Part shown: piece after piece, positions 35,446 through 44,431 of the stretch
Position numbering within the stretch: the first letter of the stretch is position 1
Layout: every line of letters starts with the position of its first letter
NCBI GenBank assembly: GCA_903834835.1
Contig: CAILKO010000008.1
Span: 82,684-146,683, forward strand
Direction of reading: 5' to 3'
DNA from: an uncultured Pseudomonadota bacterium
GTDB lineage: Bacteria; Pseudomonadota; Gammaproteobacteria; Burkholderiales; SG8-39
Length of the DNA: 64,000 nucleotides
The notes under the pieces: model-generated
The model's database searches: none
The model's input: only the letters and a program-made list of their open reading frames with translations
What the model was told of the DNA's origin: nothing
Program-made: the position numbers and the translations under genes

Positions 35446-38400
35446 TTACTGCGTGATCTCGCGCCAGCTGATGCGCTTGCCGGAGGGCGGCGGAATGTCG
35501 AAGGGCGCGCCGATCGTGGTCTGTTTCGCGTCCGAGGTGGTAGTGATGACCACCGTCTTCCCGGAAGGCAGGCGCACGATGTTGAGACCCACCGCGAGCG
35601 AGTTCGAGAGGAACTGCGCAACCTTGCCGCCGGCGCTGTTCGCGACATGCTCGCCGGTGCCGTAGTTGAAGAAGTTCAGCCAGCTCGTGCCACCGATCGA
35701 ACAGGCATCGGTCGCGGGGATGTTGCTTGCCACGACGAGCGTACCGAGCTGCAGCTTCATATCCACGTTCACCCGCTCGCCGGTGAGCGGCAGATCGACA
35801 TACCAGCCCGCGGTGCTGTTGCACTGCGCGCTCGTGCCGGTGCAGCTGATGGTGCGCGTGGCCGAGCTGCCGGAGCCGACCTGGGCCATCGTCAGCGGCT
35901 TCAGCGAGGCGCGCAGATCCACGTACGGCGTGGTGCTGATCGGATCGACGATGCCGTAGATGCTCTGGGCAGTGTTGATGCTGAGGTCGGTCGAACCGAG
36001 CATCGACCCGGTGGCGACGAACACCATCGGGCTGCCGCCGGATTCTGCGAGTTCCGGCCGGGTCGTGATCGGCTGGTAGTTGAGACCGTTGCAGGTGCCG
36101 GTGCAGAGCTCCGCCACCTTGGTGGCCTCGCGGCCGCTCGGCGCAATCGTGTCGTTGATGTCGAAGCGCCACACATTGCCGAGCAGGTCGCCGCCATAGA
36201 CGCGGACGGTGCTGTTGTCGGCAAGCGTGTTCTCGACCCAGTTGTTGATGTGGTTCAGGCCGCTTGGCGTGGTTGCCGAGCCCGCCGTGGTGGCGATCTT
36301 GAAGTAGATCTTGCCGGTTGCGGCATCGAGCACGTAGAGATAGCCGAGTCCGTCGCCGGCCTTGGCGGGCGAATTCACGTTGTTGTAGCCCGAAGTGACG
36401 AGCACCACCCACTGCTCGGTGTCCAGCGCATCGATCACGCCATCCGAGTTGGTGTCCTTCACCCGCGCCTTGCTTAGTATCGGGTTGCTGAAGGTGTAGC
36501 CGATATGGCAGTCGGCGCCGCCCGTCGATGCGCGCGAAGCGGGGTTCGAGTCGTCATAGCAGGTGTCGCTCCACTTGAACTCCCACATCGCCTTGGGCGC
36601 TGCGGGCGTGGTGACATCGAGCGCGTAGTAGCCCTTGCCGCCGCCGTTCAGGCCGGCCACGAGCAGCGTTTTCCATTCACCGGCCGTGCTGTCGTAGAAA
36701 TCGCCCACCGACGGCGTGCCGTCGACCGAATACTGGTGGTTATTCGAGTAGTTCGTGTCGGCAAGCTTGTACAGGTTGGGCAATACCATGCTCGGGATGA
36801 AGGTCCAGGCTTCCTCGCCGCCCGTCGTATCGCTCGTGCTGGTGCCGGCGTAGAAGGCATGCAGCATGCCGTCGTTGGCTGCCACGAACACCATCGGCGT
36901 GCGCGTGGATTTCGCGGTCTTGTAGGCCGAGTAGCCCGAATCGGTGTAGCTCGCGAATGGCGCCTTCACGTACACCGGCTGCGCGTTCACGATGTCGCCG
37001 AGCACGTTCTCGCGCGTGCGGTAGAGCTTCGACTGGTCGTTCGCGACGAAGTTCTCGTAGCCGCGCTGGCCGCGCACATAGTTCACCATGTTCGCGCCGG
37101 CTGCAAGACCGCGCTGGTCCGCCGTCACGGGCGAGCCGGTGCCGTCGGTCATGCTGCCGTACTGGCTGAAGAGCGCCACCTTGCTGGAATTGAAATTTGC
37201 CTGCTCGGTCGCGTTCAGGTCGGTGACGGCCGTGCCCGTGGGGTTGCCCGAGACATCGCAGGTCTGCGTATTCCAGGTGAGGTTCGTGAGGTTATCCGTG
37301 GCGCCCGAGCGGAACAGGTAGATCGCCCGGTTGTCGCAGTAATTGCGCGTCCGCGCATCGAGCTTCGACTGGGCGGACCAGATGATCGCCGTCTTCACTT
37401 CGCCGGTCGAGAGGTCGATTTCATGCGCCTCGAGTTCGCCCGTCCACTTGGTGGTGACGTACTTCGCGGTATAGGCGAAGTTGTCCCCGGCCACCGGCTC
37501 CAGGTTCGACGTCGCCGCCGCTGCCGCCGAGGCGACCCGGGCGCTGATGCCGGCGAGCGCGTTCAGCAGGCCCGAGACCACCGAATCCGGATCCGCCGCG
37601 CTGAAGAACTGGCCGCGGCCGTTCACCGCGGCATGCCAGAGGTCGTCAAGCGCGGTGGGGTCGTCGTTCACAGGCACCGGCCAGAGCTTCGCGACCTCGC
37701 GCACATCCTGGAAGTCGCCCACGTTCGCGGTCTTGTAGTCCGAGCGATAGGTCAGCGTGCCGCTGAGGCCCAGACCCATCGTGAAGGTGGTCATGTGCTG
37801 CCAGTTGGCCGTGTCGGCCTCGGTGCCGGTGCCGCTCGTCGGCACGTTGTCAGTCATCGTGGGGCGCAGATCGGTGTTGTAGTAATAGGCCGCCACGTCG
37901 GCGAGCGAACCGCTGCTGCCGCCTGAGGGCGCGCTGGTGACGACCGTGCAGGGCCAGGCCGAGCACCCGGAGGGCGGGAAGGGCGGGGTCGAGGGGCCCG
38001 GCACGCCTGCTGCAGGCGGGGCCGGGATGCTGCGCGTCTGGTAGCAGATGCCGGTCACGTCCACCGGCGAACCCACCGTCGTGGTGGTGATCGGCGAGCC
38101 GACCGGCGCGCCGCCTGAGAGCAGCGTCGTGGCCACGGTGGTGGTGCTCGTATATTGGATTTTCCGTCCGGCGTTCGCGGTGCCGTTCTGGCATGTGACG
38201 GTGCGACCGCTGCCCGAGGACGCGGTGCAGGAATCGACTTCCACAAAGCCTGTGTCCGCCGTCTGGCAGGTGACCGTCGGCCCGCTGCCGGGGTTGGAGG
38301 CCGAGCAGGACGAGACGTCGACCCAGTTGGTATCCGATGCGACGGCGCAGGTGGTTGCGGTAAAGCTGTTGCCCGCGCCTGCCACGATGGGCGTACAGGT

Positions 38401-41400
38401 GCCGATGTTGGTCGGGCCGGTGGCGACCGTGTTGCAGGTGGTGGTGACCCAGGCATTGCCTGCGGCCGCTATCGCGGGCGAGCAGCTTGCGACCGGCACA
38501 TTGGTGGTCGTGGCGTTCGAACAGGTGGTGGCCGTCCAGGTGGGCGCAGTTGCGCTCACCGGCGAACAGGAGGAAACGCCGGTCGCGGCCTGGGTGTTCG
38601 GCCCGGCGGCGCAGCTTGTGGTGGTCCAGTTGGGCGCGGTTGCGGTCACCGGCGAGCAGGAGGACACCGCCGTGGCGGCCTGGGTGTTCGGCCCGGGCGC
38701 GCAGGTCGTGGTTGTCCAGGTGGGCGCAATCGCGGTCACCGGCGAGCAGGAGGACACCGCCGTGGCGGCCTGGGTGTTCGGCCCGGGCGTGCAGGTCGTG
38801 GTTGTCCAGGTGGGCGCAATCGCGGTCACCGGCGAGCAGGAGGACACCGCCGTGGCAGCGAGTGTGTTCGGGCCCGGCGTGCAGGTGACGGCGGTCCAGT
38901 TGGGCGCAGTCGCGGTCACCGGCGAGCAGGTCTGCACGGCCGTGGCGGCCTGGGTGTTCGGGCCGGGGGTGCAGGTAATCGTGGTCCAGTTGGGAGCAGT
39001 GCCTGTCTGGGCTGCGCAGGTGCCCGGTTGTACGGCCGCGGTGGCGAAGGTGTTCGGGCCGGGAGTGCAGGTAATCGTGGTCCAGTTGGGCGCGGTCTCC
39101 GTCTGGGCCGCGCAGGTACCGGCCTGCACCGCAGCCGAGGCGAAGGTGTTCGGCCCGGGCGCACAGGTGGTGGCCGTCCAGCTATTGCCTAGGCTCGCGG
39201 GCTGGCTCGATGGACAGGTGGTCGACTGTACAGCTGCCGTGGCAAAGGTATTCGGCCCGGCGGTGCAGGTTGTTACCGTTCGCGTGTTGCCGGAAATCAG
39301 CGTGCCGGCCGCACAGGTGGCAGGGTCCGCAGGGGCGGGCGTAACGGTGATGGTCCCCGCCACCACACCGGTATTGCTCGTCGTGATCGGCGCGGTGATC
39401 GAGGCGGTAGTTGTCGTGAGCGAGGCCGAGGTGATCGTCGTGCCGGATCCGAGCGGCGCCATGATCTTGATGTAGGTATCGGAGTTCGACAAACAGCTCG
39501 GGAAAGGCGTTGCAGCCGCGCTACAGGTGCCGCTGGCGGCGATTGTGTAGCTGTTCGTCAGTCCTGCAGCGACGATCGCGTTCTTCATGTTGAGTTTGCG
39601 CGAGACCCCGCCGCCGCCGCCGCTCGGCGTGGCGGTGATCGATGCGATGTTGAGACGGTCGACGCCGTTGATGAGAATGGCGGTCAGCACTGCGCCGCTC
39701 GAGACGTTGGTGAATACGATAGTGGCCGTGCCGTTGATCGTGGAGGTCGTGCCCTTGAGCGTCTGGGTCGCGGTCTTCATGGTCTGCGTCGCAGTCTTCA
39801 TGGTCTGCGTCGCGGTTTTCAGCGTCTGGGTACGCGTGTCCATGGTCTGCGTGTTGGTCTGCATGGTCTGCGTGCGGGTCTGCAGCGTCTGGACCTTGGT
39901 TTCCAAGGTCTGGGTGCGCGTCTCCAGCGTCTGCGCCGTGCTCTGGCGGATCTGGGCGGTGCTCTGCGTGTTCTGTATCGTGCGCCGCTGGACCTGCTGG
40001 GTGCGCTGCTGGCGCGCGGTGCAGGTGACGTTCGGGTTGTAGACGTTCGACTTGGTGGTGACGACCGAGGTGCCGTCGGAAGCGCCGTCCCACATCGGGG
40101 GCGGGGTCGCGGAATAACTGCCGTCCGCATTGCCGATCGCGCTCCCGGTGAGGTCGACCCCTGCATTGCCGTTCCAGTAGCCGTCGGTCGTCAGGATCAC
40201 GAAGTTCTGCTGGCAGGAGTACTGCATCGGGTCGTCCGCCATGCCGGAATTGATACCGTCCGTCTTGCCGGCGAAGTGACGACCGACGCGCGCGAGCGCC
40301 TCGCGGTTCGGCGTGCTGTTCGCGACCGTCTGGCTCGTGAGCTTGGAGAACCAGCTGGTCCTGTGCGCGGAATTGAAATCGTCGATCTTCAGGTACTTCG
40401 AAGAACTTACCGGGTTGCCCGGCGAGATCGTGACGAGGCCGACGCGGTAGCTGTCGGTGAGCTGGATGAAGGCGCGCGTGGCCGCGCTCTTCATCATCAT
40501 GATGCGCGTGCGGTAGTAGCTGTACCAGTTGGCGAAGTTCTGGCGCTCGTCGCTGCCGGCAATGCCCGACGTGGAATTCACGAGGACCTTGGTCCAGGTG
40601 CCCGGGTTGTTCAGGTCCACCATCGTCGTCGTAGCCTGCGGAACGCTGTTCACGAAGGCGCGTTCCACGGAGTAGATCGAGGTGGTGGTCGAGCCGCCGG
40701 CCGCTGTGCGGTAGATGCGGTAGCCGGTCGCCGGTACCGAACCGCCGTTGTCGGTGATGACGATCTGCACGCCCTCGCCGGCGGCAATCGCGACGGCGCT
40801 CGAGAGCGCGCTCGGCGCGGATTCGCCGATGTTGTTGAAGGCGGTGATCTGGTACTTGTAGTTGCCGGCGAGTCCCGCGGTATAGAGCGAGCCCGCGCTG
40901 GCGCCGACGTTGGTCAGCGTGAAGAACGGTGCGGGCGGTGCGAGCGTATCGGTGGCCGAACCGGGCGCGCTCTGCCCCGAGGCGGTGAACGGGCTTGCGC
41001 CGATGGTCTGGGTGCAGGGCGCGCCATGCCAGACGAGCTTCTGGCCGCCCGAGTAGGTGTAGTAGTAGGCGGCCTGCGCAGTGTCGTTGCTGCTGCCGGA
41101 GAGCGTGCTGGAATCGTAGGCGCGGAAACTTGCGGAAAGGTCTACCGTGGTGGCGGTGTTGACATAGCCGTCGTAGTAGGCGCCGGTAAAGCTCGGGGTC
41201 GGATAGTTCGTGCCGTCCGCCTTCTTCGGCAGCGTGTAGGTGCTGTTCGGGTTGTAGTACATCGAGTTGCAAATATTGTTCTTGTACCCGACCCTGGAGA
41301 TATGCCGCTCCTCGTCATCCGGCATGTGGCTCCAGGCCATCGAACCCGAGGTATCCATCAGATACATGATGTTCGGCTTCACCTGGGCCGAGGTCGAACT

Positions 41401-41544
41401 CGCGAGCGGGACGCTGGAAAGATCGGTCAGCGCGGCCTGGCTCAGCTGCGACCAGAGCAGCAGCCAGCAGAGCGCCACATGGGTGCTGGTCTTCCAGAAA
41501 CTGGCGGGCTTGCGTAATTCGGCGGTGTGCGTCGCGTTGTTCAT
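35446..41544 (-). CDS. pilY1: Type IV pilus tip-associated adhesin PilY1 family protein, unusually large (2,032 aa)
   Basis: It has a signal-like N-terminus and a vWA/MIDAS-like LMDTSGSMAW. The C-terminal PilY1-type region carries an EF-hand-like loop DTNSDGVID (36430-36456). It is positioned immediately after pilX in a minor-pilin operon. Confidence 0.85.
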   Translation of the reverse strand: MNNATHTAELRKPASFWKTSTHVALCWLLLWSQLSQAALTDLSSVPLASSTSAQVKPNIMYLMDTSGSMAWSHMPDDEERHISRVGYKNNICNSMYYNPNSTYTLPKKADGTNYPTPSFTGAYYDGYVNTATTVDLSASFRAYDSSTLSGSSNDTAQAAYYYTYSGGQKLVWHGAPCTQTIGASPFTASGQSAPGSATDTLAPPAPFFTLTNVGASAGSLYTAGLAGNYKYQITAFNNIGESAPSALSSAVAIAAGEGVQIVITDNGGSVPATGYRIYRTAAGGSTTTSIYSVERAFVNSVPQATTTMVDLNNPGTWTKVLVNSTSGIAGSDERQNFANWYSYYRTRIMMMKSAATRAFIQLTDSYRVGLVTISPGNPVSSSKYLKIDDFNSAHRTSWFSKLTSQTVANSTPNREALARVGRHFAGKTDGINSGMADDPMQYSCQQNFVILTTDGYWNGNAGVDLTGSAIGNADGSYSATPPPMWDGASDGTSVVTTKSNVYNPNVTCTARQQRTQQVQRRTIQNTQSTAQIRQSTAQTLETRTQTLETKVQTLQTRTQTMQTNTQTMDTRTQTLKTATQTMKTATQTMKTATQTLKGTTSTINGTATIVFTNVSSGAVLTAILINGVDRLNIASITATPSGGGGGVSRKLNMKNAIVAAGLTNSYTIAASGTCSAAATPFPSCLSNSDTYIKIMAPLGSGTTITSASLTTTTASITAPITTSNTGVVAGTITVTPAPADPATCAAGTLISGNTRTVTTCTAGPNTFATAAVQSTTCPSSQPASLGNSWTATTCAPGPNTFASAAVQAGTCAAQTETAPNWTTITCTPGPNTFATAAVQPGTCAAQTGTAPNWTTITCTPGPNTQAATAVQTCSPVTATAPNWTAVTCTPGPNTLAATAVSSCSPVTAIAPTWTTTTCTPGPNTQAATAVSSCSPVTAIAPTWTTTTCAPGPNTQAATAVSSCSPVTATAPNWTTTSCAAGPNTQAATGVSSCSPVSATAPTWTATTCSNATTTNVPVASCSPAIAAAGNAWVTTTCNTVATGPTNIGTCTPIVAGAGNSFTATTCAVASDTNWVDVSSCSASNPGSGPTVTCQTADTGFVEVDSCTASSGSGRTVTCQNGTANAGRKIQYTSTTTVATTLLSGGAPVGSPITTTTVGSPVDVTGICYQTRSIPAPPAAGVPGPSTPPFPPSGCSAWPCTVVTSAPSGGSSGSLADVAAYYYNTDLRPTMTDNVPTSGTGTEADTANWQHMTTFTMGLGLSGTLTYRSDYKTANVGDFQDVREVAKLWPVPVNDDPTALDDLWHAAVNGRGQFFSAADPDSVVSGLLNALAGISARVASAAAAATSNLEPVAGDNFAYTAKYVTTKWTGELEAHEIDLSTGEVKTAIIWSAQSKLDARTRNYCDNRAIYLFRSGATDNLTNLTWNTQTCDVSGNPTGTAVTDLNATEQANFNSSKVALFSQYGSMTDGTGSPVTADQRGLAAGANMVNYVRGQRGYENFVANDQSKLYRTRENVLGDIVNAQPVYVKAPFASYTDSGYSAYKTAKSTRTPMVFVAANDGMLHAFYAGTSTSDTTGGEEAWTFIPSMVLPNLYKLADTNYSNNHQYSVDGTPSVGDFYDSTAGEWKTLLVAGLNGGGKGYYALDVTTPAAPKAMWEFKWSDTCYDDSNPASRASTGGADCHIGYTFSNPILSKARVKDTNSDGVIDALDTEQWVVLVTSGYNNVNSPAKAGDGLGYLYVLDAATGKIYFKIATTAGSATTPSGLNHINNWVENTLADNSTVRVYGGDLLGNVWRFDINDTIAPSGREATKVAELCTGTCNGLNYQPITTRPELAESGGSPMVFVATGSMLGSTDLSINTAQSIYGIVDPISTTPYVDLRASLKPLTMAQVGSGSSATRTISCTGTSAQCNSTAGWYVDLPLTGERVNVDMKLQLGTLVVASNIPATDACSIGGTSWLNFFNYGTGEHVANSAGGKVAQFLSNSLAVGLNIVRLPSGKTVVITTTSDAKQTTIGAPFDIPPPSGKRISWREITQ
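38190..39290 (-). repeat. Cysteine-ladder tandem repeat (87-90-nt period) inside pilY1
   Basis: There are eight clear units of T-C-(T/A)-(P/A)-G-P-N-T-x-A-x-x-A-V-x(1-3)-C-x8-10-W-T-x-x-T, followed by degenerate Cys-spaced units. Copies 38651-38740 and 38741-38830 differ at 1 of 90 nt. Confidence 0.85.
39754..39984 (-). repeat. Eleven tandem 21-nt (heptad) repeats inside pilY1
   Basis: In protein order the units are RTIQNTQ, STAQIRQ, STAQTLE, TRTQTLE, TKVQTLQ, TRTQTMQ, TNTQTMD, TRTQTLK, TATQTMK, TATQTMK, TATQTLK. Gln at position 4 is invariant. Confidence 0.85.
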
Positions 41545-41601
41545 GGTCTTGCTCCCTGCATCGATTGCACTGCGCGGTTGGCGGGACTGCCCTGGCCGCG
41601 A

Positions 41602-42210
41602 TCAGTACATGATCGTCTGTACGTAGCTGATGGTATTTCGGGGGCCCACGATGCGGCTCGTGATGCGGAAATAGGGCTGTACGGTATTCGACAGCGGCAG
41701 CACGCCATAGGCGCCGCCGCCCTTGGAGCCGCCCGAGCCGGTGGAGCCGATGGTCACGCACTGCTGGTTCGGATCGTTGACCGCCAGCCCGGCCGTATTG
41801 CACAGGCGGTGGATCACGTACTGGACCTGGTTGCCGGTGCCGTCGTCGGAGGTGACCTGAAAGGAGTTGGAGGTCCCCCAGCTGTAGGTAGTGGGGTCGA
41901 AGCTCGTGTCCCAGCTCGAGTAGTAGCCGGAACCGCCGGCGTCGACCTGCAGCGTGGCGGAGCCCTGGCTCACCAGCCAGCCGCGCGCGGCCTCGATCCC
42001 CAGATCGCCCACCGAGGTGGCGTTCGACTTGAACGAAAGGTTGCCGGCGATGACGATGCCGGTGCTCACCTGCCGCATCATGGCGATGCCTGCGAGTGTC
42101 ATCACGACGAGCACGATGAGCGCGATGAACAGCACCACGCCGCGCTCGCGGCGCAGCGCCGGCCTGCGAGCCGGGACAGGAACCCGGACGGGAACAGGGT
42201 TGCGCGTCAC
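41602..42210 (-). CDS. pilX: Type IV pilus minor pilin / assembly protein PilX
   Basis: Part of ORF 41602..42471(-). I chose the GTG at 42210, which overlaps the pilW stop (GTGA). RERGVVLFIALIVLVVMTLAGIAMMR is a PilX_N-type segment, and the C-terminus ..YFRITSRIVGPRNTISYVQTIMY is typical of PilX. Confidence 0.75.
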   Translation of the reverse strand: MTRNPVPVRVPVPARRPALRRERGVVLFIALIVLVVMTLAGIAMMRQVSTGIVIAGNLSFKSNATSVGDLGIEAARGWLVSQGSATLQVDAGGSGYYSSWDTSFDPTTYSWGTSNSFQVTSDDGTGNQVQYVIHRLCNTAGLAVNDPNQQCVTIGSTGSGGSKGGGAYGVLPLSNTVQPYFRITSRIVGPRNTISYVQTIMY

Positions 42211-43304
42211 GGTGCGGTCCCCCAGATGATGTTGCGCAGCGGAATCACTTTTTCGTAGACGCGGTAGCGGTAATGCTGCCAGTCGAGCGTCGTATCCGCG
42301 GGGCGGGTGGTGCCGTCGCTGCCGTCGATGTTGGTCATCGTGAAGGCACCGCCCGACCAGCTCGGCGCGACGGTCGTGATCGCATCCTTTTCGTACTGCT
42401 GGCTGCGCGCGAGCAGCGCGACGCGGATCGCGCGCAGTTTCGACCAGTCCGCCGGGGGGGTATTGGTCCATTCTCCGGTCGCGATCGCGTTGTCGTTGTC
42501 GCCGTCGACACCGTATTCCGCCTGCAGATTGACGATGCCTTCGGCGACATCGTAGGCGGTCGTCGGCGTATTCAGGAAGTCGGACCAGGTCAGCACATTG
42601 GTGCGGACCTGCCAGATATTGAGCTTGGGCCCGGTGCCCAGGTTGTACAGGCTGCCGGAGGTGTAGACGCCGACTGTCCCCGCGACCTGGTTGTAGGTCG
42701 CGGTGGTGGCCTGATTCCTGTAGTTCACATAGGCGCCGGGCAGGTGACCGACTGAAAGACCATCCGTAAAGGGTGTCCCGTCCGTGTTGTCATTTGCCGT
42801 GATCTCGACCAGATCGCACGAAGTCGGTGTGCCGCCCGCCACGATGACGAGATCGCCCTTCTGGATGCCGGTGCGCCCGCTCTGGGTCCTTTTCGATGTC
42901 GTCGTGGCGGACGTGAAATTCTGCGTTGCGGTGAAGTAGGCGGAGTTGCCGTACAGGATGTTGATCTGGTCGGGCGTGCCGGATGCGCCGTCGATGATCT
43001 GGACCGGAAAGAATCCGAACGTGAACACGCCGCGGGTGGTCGCGTTGACGTTCACCGTGCAGCCCATGTGCGTGGCCAGGCCGAAGCCGTAGCCGGCAAG
43101 CTTGAGATCGCGCTCGAGGTTGAACATCGCGATGGTGCCGGCGATCTGCGCGTCGCTGCCCGAGGAGGTCGTGCGTTTGCGCGCTTCCCAGATCGACAGC
43201 GACTGGAACACCACGACGATGCCGATGAGGCCGATCACCACGCCGACCATGATTTCGATCAGCGAGAATCCGGACTGTTTGCGCAGGGAAAGGAGCGGTG
43301 TCAT
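42207..43304 (-). CDS. pilW: Type IV pilus minor pilin PilW
   Basis: 365 aa. The N-terminus MTPLLSLRKQSGFSLIEIMVGVVIGLIGIVVVFQ is a prepilin-type leader and methylation motif. Size and position (between pilV and pilX) fit PilW. Confidence 0.8.
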   Translation of the reverse strand: MTPLLSLRKQSGFSLIEIMVGVVIGLIGIVVVFQSLSIWEARKRTTSSGSDAQIAGTIAMFNLERDLKLAGYGFGLATHMGCTVNVNATTRGVFTFGFFPVQIIDGASGTPDQINILYGNSAYFTATQNFTSATTTSKRTQSGRTGIQKGDLVIVAGGTPTSCDLVEITANDNTDGTPFTDGLSVGHLPGAYVNYRNQATTATYNQVAGTVGVYTSGSLYNLGTGPKLNIWQVRTNVLTWSDFLNTPTTAYDVAEGIVNLQAEYGVDGDNDNAIATGEWTNTPPADWSKLRAIRVALLARSQQYEKDAITTVAPSWSGGAFTMTNIDGSDGTTRPADTTLDWQHYRYRVYEKVIPLRNIIWGTAP

Positions 43305-43310
43305 GGCCGA

Positions 43311-43823
43311 TCAGTTGATGAAGGTCACGACGGTATGGCGCCGGGCGACCAGATCGTTGGGCGCCTGCCAGCAGATCGTCACGCTGACCTTGTTGTAGGC
43401 CGCGGCGGTGGAGTCGATCGCCACCTGGAGCATGCTGGCGCTGGTGCCGGGCAGGCGGGTTCTGCCAGTGGTGACCGTTCCGACCCAGTCCGTCACCTGC
43501 TGGGCGGTGGAAGCGGCCCCGGTGAAGCGGCAGTTGGAGCCCGAGGCCTGATGCGCGAACGGCGCGAGCGAGGTCTGGATCGTGGTCGCGCTCGTGCGGT
43601 CCACGTTCAGGGCGATTTCGCTCGCGATCTGCTCGGCGCGGTTGGCCGCCTCGACGCGGTACTGGGCATCGGCCTGGGCGGTGATGGCCGTGGCCTGCAT
43701 CGCCACGAGGGCCAGGATGCCGATCGAAAAAATCAGGATGCCGACCAGCGCCTCGAGCAGGAACATGCCGCGCTGCCGGTGCTGCGGAGAACCGCGCAAG
43801 CTGCGCGAGCCGGGGCTCAGCAT
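43311..43823 (-). CDS. pilV: Type IV pilus minor pilin PilV
   Basis: Part of ORF 43311..43862(-). Start is at ATG 43823 (MLSPGSRSLRGSPQHRQRGMFLLEALVGILIFSIGILALVAMQ), about 170 aa. It overlaps the fimT stop. Confidence 0.75.
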   Translation of the reverse strand: MLSPGSRSLRGSPQHRQRGMFLLEALVGILIFSIGILALVAMQATAITAQADAQYRVEAANRAEQIASEIALNVDRTSATTIQTSLAPFAHQASGSNCRFTGAASTAQQVTDWVGTVTTGRTRLPGTSASMLQVAIDSTAAAYNKVSVTICWQAPNDLVARRHTVVTFIN

Positions 43824-44431
43824 CTGCGCGTGTCTCCGACGGTCGTGACTGCGGGATCGCACATCTTGACCTGGCCGCCGACGGATACCACGACGTTCAG
43901 GCAGCGCATCGGCCCCGTGGGGGCGCAGCTCCCGCCCGCCGGATCGGTGAACGCAAAGGTCGCTGCTGCGCCGAGCGTCGTCATGCCGAAGCCGTTGAAG
44001 GTCACCGTGGAAATGCCGCCCGTGTCGATCTGTACACCGGTCGTGGTGCTGCTGCCGGCCGCGCCTTCGGAGTGGGTCTTGCCTTCGACGAACTGAAAGG
44101 TGCCGCCGGTCAGTGGCTGGCGCACCATCCAGTTCTTCGCGCTCGCGGCGATATTGGTGGTGTTCTGGTTGAAGGAAATCGGCTCATCCGTGGTCAGGAC
44201 GAACTGCATCTGCGAATTTGCACGCACCGCTTCGGCGCGCGCGCGCTGCAGGCCGGCGTAGAACCCCTCCGCCGTCGCCCGCAGCTTGGCGTTGTGCAGG
44301 TAGCTCGACAGCGAAGGCATGCCGAGCATCATCAAGATGCCGATCAGCGCGATGCCGATCATCAGCTCGACGAGCGTGAAGCCGCGGGCCGCTCGCCCGC
44401 GGACAATCCTGTGGGAACTGCCGCTCAGCAC
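43817..44431 (-). CDS. fimT: FimT/FimU (GspH-domain) type IV minor pilin
   Basis: Part of ORF 43817..44653(-). The upstream part of that ORF overlaps pilE, so I chose the GTG at 44431. ARGFTLVELMIGIALIGILMMLGMPSLSSYLHNAKLRATAEGFYAGLQRARAEAV is a prepilin leader plus GspH/FimT-like helix. Confidence 0.7.
   Translation of the reverse strand: MLSGSSHRIVRGRAARGFTLVELMIGIALIGILMMLGMPSLSSYLHNAKLRATAEGFYAGLQRARAEAVRANSQMQFVLTTDEPISFNQNTTNIAASAKNWMVRQPLTGGTFQFVEGKTHSEGAAGSSTTTGVQIDTGGISTVTFNGFGMTTLGAAATFAFTDPAGGSCAPTGPMRCLNVVVSVGGQVKMCDPAVTTVGDTRRC

Noticed and set aside
38190-39984. Regularly spaced repeats (21-nt and 90-nt in pilY1; 513-nt and ~800-nt in tpsA) as possible CRISPR arrays
   Set aside because: The units are contiguous with no unique spacers, they keep a single open reading frame, and they encode coherent peptide repeats. 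They are coding tandem repeats, not CRISPR.
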